Of a stretch of DNA of 53,378 bases, positions 36,758 through 47,004 are shown in pieces; position 1 is the stretch's first letter; every line of letters begins with the position of its first letter. The notes beneath the pieces were generated by a model. It did not search any database and was not told the DNA's origin. It worked only from the letters and a program-made list of their open reading frames with translations. The stretch comes from a virus (lineage: Duplodnaviria; Caudoviricetes): IMG/VR virus record IMGVR_UViG_3300043398_000164, positions 1 through 53,378 of that record; one strand, written 5' to 3'. The position numbers were made by a program, and so were the translations under genes.

Positions 36758-37557
36758 CCTACGTGTCAGACATTCAGGGCCGATTCATCATCGACGAAGC
36801 GGTGAGCCGCTACGATCCTGGCGCCAAGACGCCACAGGGATTGAGCACCGGCTACATGCGTCGGGATTACAACCTATTCCCCGAAGGCGTGTTCGCCGCT
36901 CCGTTTCCGCTGCCGCTCATCGACTGGGCGGAAATGCCCGAACGCATCAAGGACATGACCGAGCAGAAGCGATGGCCCAAGGACCACAAGCAACTGTCTG
37001 GCTTCAAGTCGCTCGACCAAAATGGAACCAACTATTGCTGGATCAACGCCCCCGTCCAGTGCATCCATTACGTGCGAGCCATTCATGGCGAGCCGCACGT
37101 TGCACTTTCGCCGGCTAGCGTCGGAGCCATCATCAAAAACTATCGCAACGTCGGCGGCTGGGGTTCGCAGGGTTTGCTCTACATGACGGAGAACGGCGTC
37201 GCTCCGCAGTCGATGTGGCCGGCGAACGCCATCAAGAAGCAGTACGACACCGCCGAGAGCCGTGCCGAGCGCAAGAAGTACATCGTCGATGAGTGGTGGG
37301 AACTCAAGCCGAATAATTTCCAGCAGCTTTGCAGTTGCTTGTTATTAGGATTCCCCGTCGCCATTGGACTTTCGTGGTGGTCGCATGAAGTGACGGCGTG
37401 TGCGTTGGCGATTCGTGGCAGCGACCCGCAGAGTGACATTCTCACAGACATCGACAATTCGTGGGGCACCGATTACGGAGACGATGGCCACGCTTTGCTC
37501 GTTCGCAGCAAGGCAACTCCTGATGATGCGGTTGTTCCGCGCGTCGTGATTACGTGA
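36754..37557 (+). CDS. Papain-like (C1) cysteine peptidase
   Basis: DQNGTNYCW (oxyanion Gln, catalytic Cys), WWSHEV (His), DNSWG (Asn). Confidence 0.85.
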   Translation: MTYVSDIQGRFIIDEAVSRYDPGAKTPQGLSTGYMRRDYNLFPEGVFAAPFPLPLIDWAEMPERIKDMTEQKRWPKDHKQLSGFKSLDQNGTNYCWINAPVQCIHYVRAIHGEPHVALSPASVGAIIKNYRNVGGWGSQGLLYMTENGVAPQSMWPANAIKKQYDTAESRAERKKYIVDEWWELKPNNFQQLCSCLLLGFPVAIGLSWWSHEVTACALAIRGSDPQSDILTDIDNSWGTDYGDDGHALLVRSKATPDDAVVPRVVIT

Positions 37558-37565
37558 GGCCCGCC

Positions 37566-38117
37566 ATGCAAAACGCAAACCGCCTCAAGGCCATCGCACT
37601 CGCGGCGCTGCTGCTCGTGCTGTCGCTGGCGGCCTACTCGCTGAGCGCCGAGCCGGACTACCAGTATCAGCTTGCTTTGCGGCTCAAGATCGAACAGGCG
37701 GGGAGTACAAGCCCCGCCCTGCCGGCGCCGGTAACGCCCGCGAAACACGATGATACCGCGAGCGTGCAGGAACCTACCCCGCCGGTGCCGGTCGTTATCA
37801 AGGCCGCTCCCAAGTGGCCCGCCTACCCTAACCGCTCCGTCAGCGGATCGCACTGGCAATACAACGGCGGCCAAATCACCGCAGCCCACCTCGCGGACCC
37901 TCGCGGCCACCACGCGCATGAGCACTTCAATCGGACGTGGTTGAACACGCTTAGTCAATCGCAGTTGACCGCCCTTGGGAGCGACGCCCACGAGGGGCGC
38001 GTGCGGGAAGCCTACGTTGTTCGCGGCACGTCAGTGAAGGCTGCCGGCCATTGGGAGACTCGGAAGTTTTGTACGTCGCGCGGCTGTACGTACCGCCGCG
38101 TTTGGATTGCCGATTAA
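37566..38117 (+). CDS. Exported hypothetical protein
   Basis: Signal-peptide-like N-terminus; His-rich C-terminal part. Confidence 0.7.
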   Translation: MQNANRLKAIALAALLLVLSLAAYSLSAEPDYQYQLALRLKIEQAGSTSPALPAPVTPAKHDDTASVQEPTPPVPVVIKAAPKWPAYPNRSVSGSHWQYNGGQITAAHLADPRGHHAHEHFNRTWLNTLSQSQLTALGSDAHEGRVREAYVVRGTSVKAAGHWETRKFCTSRGCTYRRVWIAD

Positions 38118-38132
38118 CCACGGAGTTTAGTT

Positions 38133-38495
38133 ATGTCCCGCATAGTCACACTGACCCTGTTGTCCTTGCTAACTATCACCGGCCTCGCCCTCGCGGCTCC
38201 CGAAGCCAACGCGGAGCACGCATCCGGTTGTTCGGCTGCCGCTGAGCACGCCTCGTGCGCCGGCAGTCACCGCACCTGGCTCCCGTGGCGCGCCGCTCGC
38301 GTCGAACGGCGTCATGCCCGGCAAGAGGCCCGGTTGTCGCGTCGGCTGGCTCGCCATGCCGGCTGCGGCGAAGCGGCGAGTTGCTCCGCACCTGCTGCGG
38401 CGCCAGCCTGCCCGGATTGCCCCCAGGTCGCCACGGCGACGACGCCATTGTGTCCAGACGGCAACTGCCCGAACCCCAACGCACCGCGGCTTTAG
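38133..38495 (+). CDS. Exported Cys-rich small protein
   Basis: Signal peptide; CPDCP, CPDGNCP. Confidence 0.7.
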   Translation: MSRIVTLTLLSLLTITGLALAAPEANAEHASGCSAAAEHASCAGSHRTWLPWRAARVERRHARQEARLSRRLARHAGCGEAASCSAPAAAPACPDCPQVATATTPLCPDGNCPNPNAPRL

Positions 38496-38576
38496 TTCAC
38501 GCTGGCGGCCGGCTGTCGGAATCCAGAACTCTCGCCGACAGTCGGCCAGCCTTAAACCACTTGTGAGGCCACCGCA

Positions 38577-38912
38577 ATGACCGACGAAGCGAAAGGCATG
38601 GTGTGGGGAATCGGCGTGGAGTTCGTCAAGACCGTCGGTTTCCCAATCACGGTGGCGTTGGTGCTGCTGTGGATCGGCCGCGAGCAGATGAACGCCTCCA
38701 TGCTACGCGAGTCGCAATTCACCACGTTCGTGACCACGCAACTCAGCGAGAGCCTGTCCACCACGCGGGAGCTTGTGCAGAACAACGGGGCGATGATCAC
38801 ATCGCTGCAAAAAGTCGTCGAGACGAAGATGGAAGCGATCGACAAGAACACGGACGCCATCATTGGGTTGGAGCAAGCGATCAAACAACTGAGCGCGGGG
38901 GTTGGCCGATGA
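38577..38912 (+). CDS. Holin-like membrane protein
   Basis: VKTVGFPITVALVLLW TM helix plus coiled coil. Confidence 0.6.
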   Translation: MTDEAKGMVWGIGVEFVKTVGFPITVALVLLWIGREQMNASMLRESQFTTFVTTQLSESLSTTRELVQNNGAMITSLQKVVETKMEAIDKNTDAIIGLEQAIKQLSAGVGR

Positions 38913-39316
38913 GCGAACCCGACGAAACGCCCGCTGTGAAAACCGCCAAGGCCGATTGGGTCAAGCTCATGATGGGCGGCGGCTTTGCGGTCGTCGTCGG
39001 CATCTGGCTGGTCAAGTACATGATGGCCGAGGGGTCAACCAACGGCGAGTTTCAACGCACCACGATCAAGGAATCTACGGCGGCAATGGTCAAGGCGGCC
39101 GACGCGATGGACGACCTGGCCACGGCGGTCAACACTTCGGTCGATGAGCAGCGGGAACTACGGACAGACTTGGCGCCGCTCGTGAAGCAACTCGACCGAG
39201 TGGCGGACTCGTTGACCGATTCGATTGAGCAGCAGGCGGCTGCGGAGAAGGCGAAACTCGAACGCATCGCGGCGAAGGAATTGCAGCGGGCGGATGCTGA
39301 GGCGGAAGCGAAATGA
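38909..39316 (+). CDS. Holin-like / membrane-anchored coiled-coil protein
   Basis: ATGA overlap; GGGFAVVVGIWLV TM helix plus coiled coil. Confidence 0.55.
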   Translation: MSEPDETPAVKTAKADWVKLMMGGGFAVVVGIWLVKYMMAEGSTNGEFQRTTIKESTAAMVKAADAMDDLATAVNTSVDEQRELRTDLAPLVKQLDRVADSLTDSIEQQAAAEKAKLERIAAKELQRADAEAEAK

Positions 39317-40599
39317 GCCAGTTCAGAGATGTATTGCCGCTCTACTCAAACGTCATGGTGTCGATTGAGGACTATGGGGCCGTCTCGCTCTACGACTCAG
39401 CGGGATACAACAGCACTTCAGCGCTACAGGACTGGATTGACGCCTACGGCATCACGGAATTTCGTGGGCTTTATATCCCCGGCAAGCCCTATGGGATTGA
39501 TGCTGGCGAGATTGTGTTTCCGACGCGCACCGGATACACAATTTTTGCCGGTGGCGGCGCCACTGACGTGCGCGGCGAAGCAGAGTATCTAAACCCAACC
39601 AGCGGAACCAACGTCGGCGGTTGTCCTGCCCGCCTGTGCCGGCTTAGCGGATCGGGAGCAATGCTCCAATTCCTAGGGTCTACGGGAGTGGAAATTACAG
39701 GAACACTCAGCATCCAAGGCTACTACAACGCTGCCGCATCGCGGGGGCAACTCATTGCTGACAGCAGTAATTTCGCTGACATCGGCGTTTGGTTTACTGA
39801 AAACACATTAGGTAATCGAGGCGCTGACGGCGCGCGTATTGATGCGCTCCACACATCGCTCTGCAATATCGGAATCCAGCAGGGCGTCGATGCAACAGAC
39901 ATTAACTCCAACGGACTGAGCATCCAAAGCTGTGGCGCAGCGTACTGTAATAAGGGCTTCTACGGACTAGGAAATCAAACGGTCAACAATTGGTTCGGGC
40001 GCTACGTGTCCTATGGTGATCTTGCGGACGACCCGAATCAAATTGCCATGCACTCGGCGTTTGGTGGAGATTGGCAGATTGATTTTGTGTCGCACGAAAT
40101 CCCAAAACTATTTCTCAAATGTGATTTGCAGTCAGCAAGCGGCCCTTCGTTTGACATTGGAATCATGGCCGTCGATTCAGCGGCGAACGGCGGCGCGTTA
40201 TTTGAGATTACGGCTGACGGCGGCCCTCATCTTTTTAATACCGCGACGTATATCAAAGTGCGTAGCTTAAACCTCGATGCGTTCTACGCAACAGAAGTGT
40301 GGGCCACGCTCCGCGCTGCTTCCATTCTAGAATTTGGCGGATCAGGTCATTACAACAACTGCATTCGCACAATTGCGGTGACTGACGGCGACACTTTTAC
40401 GCCCAACGTGATTGCCAACGGCGTGCGGTTCCGCAATGGAGTCGCAAGCCTAGCCCTTGGTGCTGCCACCGGAAACACTGGCCGCAGCGATTTCCGCTAT
40501 CGCAACTGCTGTAAGTACGCGGGCCAGTTCTTTGCAGATACCGACCAGTCGCGGACTGGCGATGCCGCTCCAACTACGCTTACCTATACGCCCGCATGA
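39313..40599 (+). CDS. Putative tailspike (right-handed beta-helix)
   Basis: VSIEDYGAV...STSALQDWID...LYIP N-terminal pectate-lyase-like cap; lower GC. Confidence 0.65.
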   Translation: MSQFRDVLPLYSNVMVSIEDYGAVSLYDSAGYNSTSALQDWIDAYGITEFRGLYIPGKPYGIDAGEIVFPTRTGYTIFAGGGATDVRGEAEYLNPTSGTNVGGCPARLCRLSGSGAMLQFLGSTGVEITGTLSIQGYYNAAASRGQLIADSSNFADIGVWFTENTLGNRGADGARIDALHTSLCNIGIQQGVDATDINSNGLSIQSCGAAYCNKGFYGLGNQTVNNWFGRYVSYGDLADDPNQIAMHSAFGGDWQIDFVSHEIPKLFLKCDLQSASGPSFDIGIMAVDSAANGGALFEITADGGPHLFNTATYIKVRSLNLDAFYATEVWATLRAASILEFGGSGHYNNCIRTIAVTDGDTFTPNVIANGVRFRNGVASLALGAATGNTGRSDFRYRNCCKYAGQFFADTDQSRTGDAAPTTLTYTPA

Positions 40600-43199
40600 T
40601 CCGCGGCTACTCCGTCATCCCGACGCCGGCAACCGACGCCCCGATTATTACGGCGGCCAACGCTCAGTTTGTGGCTAATGGCGGTGCGCTAAGCTTCACT
40701 CCCACATTGACGCAGGGAACGGGAGTTACGTGGACCGCCTCCGGCCTGCCCGGCTGGGCAAGCATCAACAGCAGCACGGGCGAGATCACTGGCACGGCGT
40801 CAACAGGCGGAACGACGGTCAAGGTCACGGCGACCAATAGCGCCGGTTCCGACACAACCTCGGTGCGCATTGTTTGCCACACTTCCACGGCAAATATCAG
40901 CAGCGGCGACACATTTCCGCTGTCGCTGGCGACAGCAAACCGCAAGTACACGCTCACGTCAGACGTGACCTGCGACAGCACGGCGCTCATCGTCGCGGCG
41001 GCCAACGTCGCCGTTGATTTGGACGGCCACACGATCACCTACGACAACGCCGCGCAGCCAACGATGAGCAACACGGGCTTTGAGACGGCAGGCGGCAGCG
41101 CGACTTTGGCGGCCAATTGGTCAGCGAGTGGATCGCATATCCTGCGCACAGCCCGTACAACGGTCGGCCTGTTTGGTTCGTGGGTGATGCGCGCCACCGG
41201 CTATACAGGCGCCGGCGAGTATATCCTGTCGGATGCGATTACGCTGCCGAATACAAATCAACAATATCAGGCGTGCGTGTTTTGCAAAGGATCTGATAGT
41301 ACAAGCGTGACAATCGCCATCGTTGACGCCACCACGCCATCGACCGTCTACGCCTCGCAGGTCAGCAACAACGCCAACTTAGGATTCGCTGCGCGTGTAA
41401 CGTGGAATCATCAGGTGGGAGATGCAACGTCGGTTAAGATCAAGATTACGCCCAACCTTCCCGCTGCTGCCTATATCGACCTCGACTTTGCGACGCTGCG
41501 CCGCTCTGGATGCGTTGGCATCTGGGCAACAGCGGACATGTACGATCAGTGGGGCGATTCGATTGAGGATGGGTCTGCAAGTGCCCCGGAGCAACTGATT
41601 GGCTACACCATCAACGCTGGCAGCGACTTTACTTTGGCCGACACCGTAGGAAGTGGAGGCGTCATTCAGGCGGGACGCAGCCATCGAAGCCATGCACTCT
41701 ATGGCTTCGCCGCCAAGGTCAGCGCAGTTGGCAGTTACACACTCGCAACGAACGGGATGGAGTGCTCATCAATCTATTCCCGCTATTGCATGGCAGGCAC
41801 TTTGGCGCAGCAGGTCACATGCACTGGCGATCAAGAGGGAATCCAGCACCGCACAGTTGCTCTCGCAGTGATTGATTGTGCCAATGCCGAGGGCGATTTA
41901 ATTATTAGGGGCTGCCACATTTCCGGATCAGGCTGGACCTGCATTAGCATCGGGACTGCTGGAGCAACTCCAATCGACAATGTGTTAATTGAAGAGAACA
42001 ACATCATCGACTGGTACAGCTTAGGAACGGACGGGTACGGCATTATCTGCTGCGGCTTGAGCAATTCGACGTGTCGCCGCAACAAGATCGTTGCGGCCAA
42101 TGGACGCGGCATCCTCATCGACGAGTACGGCGACACCGCTTGCTCAAGCCTGACGATTGGCTCGGCAGACGAGACTGATGCAAACAGCATTAACGAGTGG
42201 TGGGGCGACCCTGGGGCGCCGAACGACCCGGATTCATTGGAGCCCGGCGACGGCAATTACATCGAAGCCCGCGAGCGGCAGAACATCGAATTCCCCCGCA
42301 CGTCGCTTGAGGCGACGGCGCTGCGAATTCGCTATTACGACGACCCGCACCAGAATATAAAAATCATCGGCAACTACTTCTACGCCGAGACAGATTCAGC
42401 GGACGGCTCAACAGCCGACGCCGATCAGTGGGTCTGGGCTGCTTTCGCTGCGCGCATCGGAACCTCCAATTCGCAGACAAGCGCCAGCCAATACCACATC
42501 CACAACAACACTTTCAAGGCGATTGTCCTCAACTCAGAAAGCATCAGTGGTACGCAAAACGAGGCAGTCTCCTTGTGCATAACATCGCAGGGAGGAAATG
42601 CGTACACCGAAGGCGATATTACAAACAACACGCTGGAGACAAATCACATCGCCGTCCTAATTGGCGATAACGACGCCTACGGCATGACCATTGGGCCGGT
42701 GACGATGTACGACACGGAAATTATCAGCAGCAGCGACGGCGATCAGTCGCTTGATTTTGATTCGTACCGCATCGGCGCGTGGAACGACGTGTGCGACAAG
42801 CTCACAATGGTGACGACGACCTACTCCGGCGGCGCCACGGAGGCGATCCAGTGGGGCGATCCAGGCGGTTCCACGCCGCCAACAGGACAAGAAGTTGATT
42901 TCGCCAATCGCATCACCACGCACGTCACAACAAGCGCCCCGGCGGACATTAGCGACGCTTCGGTGACGATCCTGAATAACCAGGGTGTGACCGTATTTAG
43001 CGGCAGCACGGACTCCAGCGGACTCACGACGGCTGCGACGTGTCCGCGCATTTCTTGGATGCACAACGGTACATCGGCGTCCAGCGTTGACCACAACCCA
43101 TTTGATATTTCCGCAAGCAAGAGCGGCTATGCCACAAACTCAGACTTGAATTACTCGCTTTCGACTGACGCCACTCGCACCATTATCCTGTCGCCGTAA
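40596..43199 (+). CDS. Large adhesin/depolymerase: putative Ig domain, carbohydrate-binding-like insert, beta-helix
   Basis: WTASGLPGWASINSSTGEITGT (Ig), VDLDGHTITY, NTGFE..W, Asn-ladder strands. Confidence 0.7.
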   Translation: MIRGYSVIPTPATDAPIITAANAQFVANGGALSFTPTLTQGTGVTWTASGLPGWASINSSTGEITGTASTGGTTVKVTATNSAGSDTTSVRIVCHTSTANISSGDTFPLSLATANRKYTLTSDVTCDSTALIVAAANVAVDLDGHTITYDNAAQPTMSNTGFETAGGSATLAANWSASGSHILRTARTTVGLFGSWVMRATGYTGAGEYILSDAITLPNTNQQYQACVFCKGSDSTSVTIAIVDATTPSTVYASQVSNNANLGFAARVTWNHQVGDATSVKIKITPNLPAAAYIDLDFATLRRSGCVGIWATADMYDQWGDSIEDGSASAPEQLIGYTINAGSDFTLADTVGSGGVIQAGRSHRSHALYGFAAKVSAVGSYTLATNGMECSSIYSRYCMAGTLAQQVTCTGDQEGIQHRTVALAVIDCANAEGDLIIRGCHISGSGWTCISIGTAGATPIDNVLIEENNIIDWYSLGTDGYGIICCGLSNSTCRRNKIVAANGRGILIDEYGDTACSSLTIGSADETDANSINEWWGDPGAPNDPDSLEPGDGNYIEARERQNIEFPRTSLEATALRIRYYDDPHQNIKIIGNYFYAETDSADGSTADADQWVWAAFAARIGTSNSQTSASQYHIHNNTFKAIVLNSESISGTQNEAVSLCITSQGGNAYTEGDITNNTLETNHIAVLIGDNDAYGMTIGPVTMYDTEIISSSDGDQSLDFDSYRIGAWNDVCDKLTMVTTTYSGGATEAIQWGDPGGSTPPTGQEVDFANRITTHVTTSAPADISDASVTILNNQGVTVFSGSTDSSGLTTAATCPRISWMHNGTSASSVDHNPFDISASKSGYATNSDLNYSLSTDATRTIILSP

Positions 43200-43204
43200 G
43201 ATAT

Positions 43205-43876
43205 ATGGCCATTGCTCACGTAATTTCGACAAGCGCGGCCGGAGCTGATAGTGCGACGGTCACGACGAGCGCCGTAGACACGACAGGCGCGAATCTGATT
43301 GTACTGGCGGTGGCGCGCTATCAGGGCGGAACTGGAGTAACAGTTTCGGACAGCAAAGGCAATACGTGGACCGCGCTCACTGACCACCCGACCGCCACTG
43401 ATCCGGCTATCCGGCTTTATTACTGTCTCGCTCCAACTGTTGGAAGCGGTCACACGTTTCAGATGTCGGGAACGGGAGTGTACCCGTCCGTTTCCATGTC
43501 CGCCTTCAGCGGCGCAAGTGCTTACGACAGTCAGCAAAACGGCAACGCCAGCGACTCAAGCGCCACGTCGGGGCAGCCCGGTTCGATCACGCCGTCAGAA
43601 AATAATTGCGTTGCCGTAACGGGCGCCGTGACAAACGGCACATCATTAGTTGTAGATGGCGATTATAGCGCCCATGCGACTGTTTCCTCCCCTGGCGCCG
43701 GCTATACCAGCGGCATCGCCTATTCAATTCAGACCACGGCTGCGGCTACAAATCCAACGTGGTCTTGGACTGGCGGCAGCTCACATGCCGAGGCGATTGC
43801 CAGTTTTCGGGCTACCGCCGGCGGTTCCGTATTCACCCCCTACTTCTACCGCACGCATGTTGCGAGGCAGCCTTAG
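43205..43876 (+). CDS. Ser/Thr/Ala-rich beta protein, putative virion-surface protein
   Basis: [23 protein letters not shown] pattern. Confidence 0.7.
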   Translation: MAIAHVISTSAAGADSATVTTSAVDTTGANLIVLAVARYQGGTGVTVSDSKGNTWTALTDHPTATDPAIRLYYCLAPTVGSGHTFQMSGTGVYPSVSMSAFSGASAYDSQQNGNASDSSATSGQPGSITPSENNCVAVTGAVTNGTSLVVDGDYSAHATVSSPGAGYTSGIAYSIQTTAAATNPTWSWTGGSSHAEAIASFRATAGGSVFTPYFYRTHVARQP

Positions 43877-44496
43877 TGATTATTTCGCTGCGACCAACTG
43901 TATTTAGCGGCGCAACTTGTGGAGCAAGTTGCCTGGGTGCTTTTCTGCCTTGCGGGAACAAACTCTTGTCCGCAATTGGCGCATCGGCGCGTATTTTCCG
44001 AAACAAACTTTTCGCGTTTGCCGGCGAAATAACACGCCCTATTACAGTGAATTTGTTCCTTGTATCCGGCATGGCGCACAAACATTACCCCGCAGATAGG
44101 ACACTTTTGCGGCTTGAGCCGTCGTTCTGGATGCGGTCGCTTTCCTTGTGCCTTAAGTCTCGCAACAAGCTCTCTTTTCCATTTAGCCCTAGCCGTTGGC
44201 GAAAGGTAAAAGCCAATCGGCGCGCGGTTCTTAGCCTGTTCGGCCCTTGTCGCCCAGCGGCAATTATCGGGACTGTAGCCAAGGTCATTGTCAATCCTTT
44301 CCAGCGTCATTCCGTCTGGCCGTGGAGACATATCCTCAACGAACGAAGCGACGGAATCCATCCATCGCTGACATACAGAAATGCCGCGCCCGCCATACCA
44401 GCGGTAATACGGATGCTCCTTGTCCGTACATCGCCTGCGCATCTGATCCCAGATTTTGTAAAGCGGGTGCCTGGAAAGCCCATGAGTCTTTTTCAT
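43873..44496 (-). CDS. Free-standing HNH homing endonuclease inserted antisense
   Basis: [50 protein letters not shown] plus C-terminal CxxC..CSxxC repeats. Confidence 0.9.
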   Translation of the reverse strand: MKKTHGLSRHPLYKIWDQMRRRCTDKEHPYYRWYGGRGISVCQRWMDSVASFVEDMSPRPDGMTLERIDNDLGYSPDNCRWATRAEQAKNRAPIGFYLSPTARAKWKRELVARLKAQGKRPHPERRLKPQKCPICGVMFVRHAGYKEQIHCNRACYFAGKREKFVSENTRRCANCGQEFVPARQKSTQATCSTSCAAKYSWSQRNNH

Positions 44497-44507
44497 AGGA
44501 CAATTCT

Positions 44508-46070
44508 ATGTTCCGTAATGTAGCAAGTCAAAAGTTTTACGTGTTCGCCTTTGACGCCACTACCAATGTACCAAAAGTTTCGGACGCCGCGCAAATCACC
44601 GCCTACGTTGCTAAGGACTTTGGCAGCGCCACGGTCCTGTCCGATACGTCCGCCACAGAAGTTGATGCGACCAACGCGCCGGGATACTACGTGTTCGACG
44701 CCGCCCAGGCCGAGACGAACGCGGATACTTTGCTCGTGTCTGCCAAGTCGTCCACGGCGAACATCAAGGTGCTTGGTGCTCCGGCTGTCATCTTCCCCAC
44801 GCCCGCCAACTTCTCCACGCTGTCGGTGGACTCGAACGGTCGCGTTGACGTTATCAAAGTAGCTGGCACAACTCAGACAGCCCGCGACCTCGGCACAAGC
44901 GTACTCTTGTCGAGCGGTACGGGAACTGGTCAGGTCAGCCTTTCGAGCGGCACGGTCACTATCACCGACGCCTCGCTCACGTCGGCCAAGTTTGGATCAG
45001 GGGCCATCACCGCAACAGTCGTCGCCGACGGCGCCATCGACCGCGCCACGTTCGCCGCCGACACCGGCCTCCAGTCGATCCGCAGCAACACAGCGCAGGC
45101 TGGAGCGGCGGGCACGATCACCCTGGATGCCTCAGCCAGCGCCACGACCGACTTCTACAAGGGCGCCGGCATCTACCTCACGGGCGGTACGGGCGTCGGT
45201 CAGAACAGAATTTGCTCGGCCTACAACGGCTCGACCAAGGTGGCTACGATCAGCCCGAACTGGGCGACGAACCCCGACAATACCTCGACGTTCGCAATCA
45301 TTCCCGCGGGCGGCGTACTGACGAGCGGCGACATTGCCGACGCGGTATGGGACGAGGACTTGAGCGGCCACACAACGGCCAGCACGGCCGGCAAGTACCT
45401 CGGCGACCTTGGCACGGTTTCCGTCGCGAACAACGCCCTGGCCGCCAATCTCACTCGCGTAGCCGGCAGTGCCTTGTCTACGTCGTCCGCTCAGATCGGA
45501 GTCAACGTGGTCAACATGGGCGGCAGCGCGCTGTCCACAACATCAGCCCAGGTTGGCGTCAACGTGGTGCAACTTAGCACCGATGCGACGGCCGCCGACA
45601 ATGCGGAATCGTTCTTTGACGGAACGGGCTACGCGGGCACGGGCAATGTGATTCCCACGGTGACGACGCTCACGGGCCATACGGCACAGACGGGCGACGC
45701 CTACGCGAGAATCGGCGCCCCCGTCGGCGCTTCCATCTCGGCGGACATTGCCGCGGGCATCACATCGACCATTGACGGTGTGCTCGACGGAGTTCGCATC
45801 CAGAAGAACACGCAGCTTGCCGCGTTCCCGTTTGTCATGCGGGATTCGACCAATCACGCTCCAGCGACCGGCCTGACCGTTACTGCGACGCGCAGTTTGG
45901 ACGGTGCGGCGTTCGCATCATGCGCCAACTCGGTTGCGGAGGTTGCAAACGGCTGGTACAAGATCACGCTCGCTACAACGGACTTGAACGCCGATACGGT
46001 CGCACTGAAGTTCACGGCGACCGGCGCTGACGCGACCAACATCACAATTATTACCCAGCCGAAAGACTAG
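44508..46070 (+). CDS. Putative tail fibre / structural protein
   Basis: 520 aa, Ala/Thr-rich; IADAVWDE motif; similar N- and C-terminal domains. Confidence 0.7.
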   Translation: MFRNVASQKFYVFAFDATTNVPKVSDAAQITAYVAKDFGSATVLSDTSATEVDATNAPGYYVFDAAQAETNADTLLVSAKSSTANIKVLGAPAVIFPTPANFSTLSVDSNGRVDVIKVAGTTQTARDLGTSVLLSSGTGTGQVSLSSGTVTITDASLTSAKFGSGAITATVVADGAIDRATFAADTGLQSIRSNTAQAGAAGTITLDASASATTDFYKGAGIYLTGGTGVGQNRICSAYNGSTKVATISPNWATNPDNTSTFAIIPAGGVLTSGDIADAVWDEDLSGHTTASTAGKYLGDLGTVSVANNALAANLTRVAGSALSTSSAQIGVNVVNMGGSALSTTSAQVGVNVVQLSTDATAADNAESFFDGTGYAGTGNVIPTVTTLTGHTAQTGDAYARIGAPVGASISADIAAGITSTIDGVLDGVRIQKNTQLAAFPFVMRDSTNHAPATGLTVTATRSLDGAAFASCANSVAEVANGWYKITLATTDLNADTVALKFTATGADATNITIITQPKD

Positions 46071-46072
46071 CC

Positions 46073-46573
46073 ATGTTGCTCGTCTGGAATCCACAAGAGG
46101 CAAGCGTCCTGGGCGGCGGTGGACTCACCGTACTGCAAGAGTCGCTCTACGGAACTGTCGGCGGGAACCAAGCGCCAACGGCTGTGCTGCTGTCGAATAC
46201 CACCGTCCCCAACGCCACGGATACCACGGGCGGCTACATCGTTGGGACGCTTTCCTTCACGGACCCCGACCCAGGGGCAACCGGCACGTTCTCAATTATC
46301 GGCGGGGCGGATCAGGCGAACTTTACCACAGATAATCCTCAGGATGACTGGCTGCTCCTCTTGGATGACGGCGTGCTCGACATTGGCGCGCAGGCATCCT
46401 ATGCCGTGACCGTGCGATTCACAGATCAGGGGGCGTTGACGAAAGATCAGGCGTTTACGATTACCGTCGTTGCCGCCGGCTCGCCGGGCGGCGCCATGCC
46501 GGGCGGAGTCAGCGCTTCGCTCCACGGCGGACTCGCGGCGGCGGACTCCCGGCTCATCGTCCTCAGCTTTTAG
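46073..46573 (+). CDS. Cadherin-like domain protein
   Basis: NQAPT..VGTLSFTDPD..FSIIGGAD..YAVTVRFTDQG. Confidence 0.75.
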   Translation: MLLVWNPQEASVLGGGGLTVLQESLYGTVGGNQAPTAVLLSNTTVPNATDTTGGYIVGTLSFTDPDPGATGTFSIIGGADQANFTTDNPQDDWLLLLDDGVLDIGAQASYAVTVRFTDQGALTKDQAFTITVVAAGSPGGAMPGGVSASLHGGLAAADSRLIVLSF

Positions 46574-46575
46574 AT

Positions 46576-47001
46576 GTGGCAATCCCTACCAACACGTCCG
46601 TTCCGACATTCACCGGCAGCCCTGTCGTGGGGCAGTTGCTTTCCGGCGCCAATGGTTCGTGGACCGGCGCGCCGCTCAGTTACGCCTACCAATGGCAGTC
46701 CGCTGAACCAGTCTACGACAACGGCAGCATTGTTACGGACGACGGCGAGATCGTTGTTGACGAGTGGGCGAGCATTGGCGGCGCTACGTCGATCAACCTT
46801 ACCGTGGCTGCTGCGCAACTCGGACTCATGCTGCGGCTCAGCGTCATTGCCACCAACGGTGATGGTGCGAGCGCTCCCGCGTACTCGACTCAAGCCGGAC
46901 CAGTCGCGGCTATCTCGACTTCTGGCACTGGTTTGTCCGCGGCATTTCCCGCCGGCCTGTCCGCCTACGATCGCCGGCTCATTCTCTTGATAGGAAACTA
47001 A
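46576..47001 (+). CDS. Ig-like domain protein
   Basis: PTNTSVPTFTGSPVVGQLLS..GSWTG..YAYQW..VIATN. Confidence 0.75.
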   Translation: MAIPTNTSVPTFTGSPVVGQLLSGANGSWTGAPLSYAYQWQSAEPVYDNGSIVTDDGEIVVDEWASIGGATSINLTVAAAQLGLMLRLSVIATNGDGASAPAYSTQAGPVAAISTSGTGLSAAFPAGLSAYDRRLILLIGN

Positions 47002-47004
47002 GCC

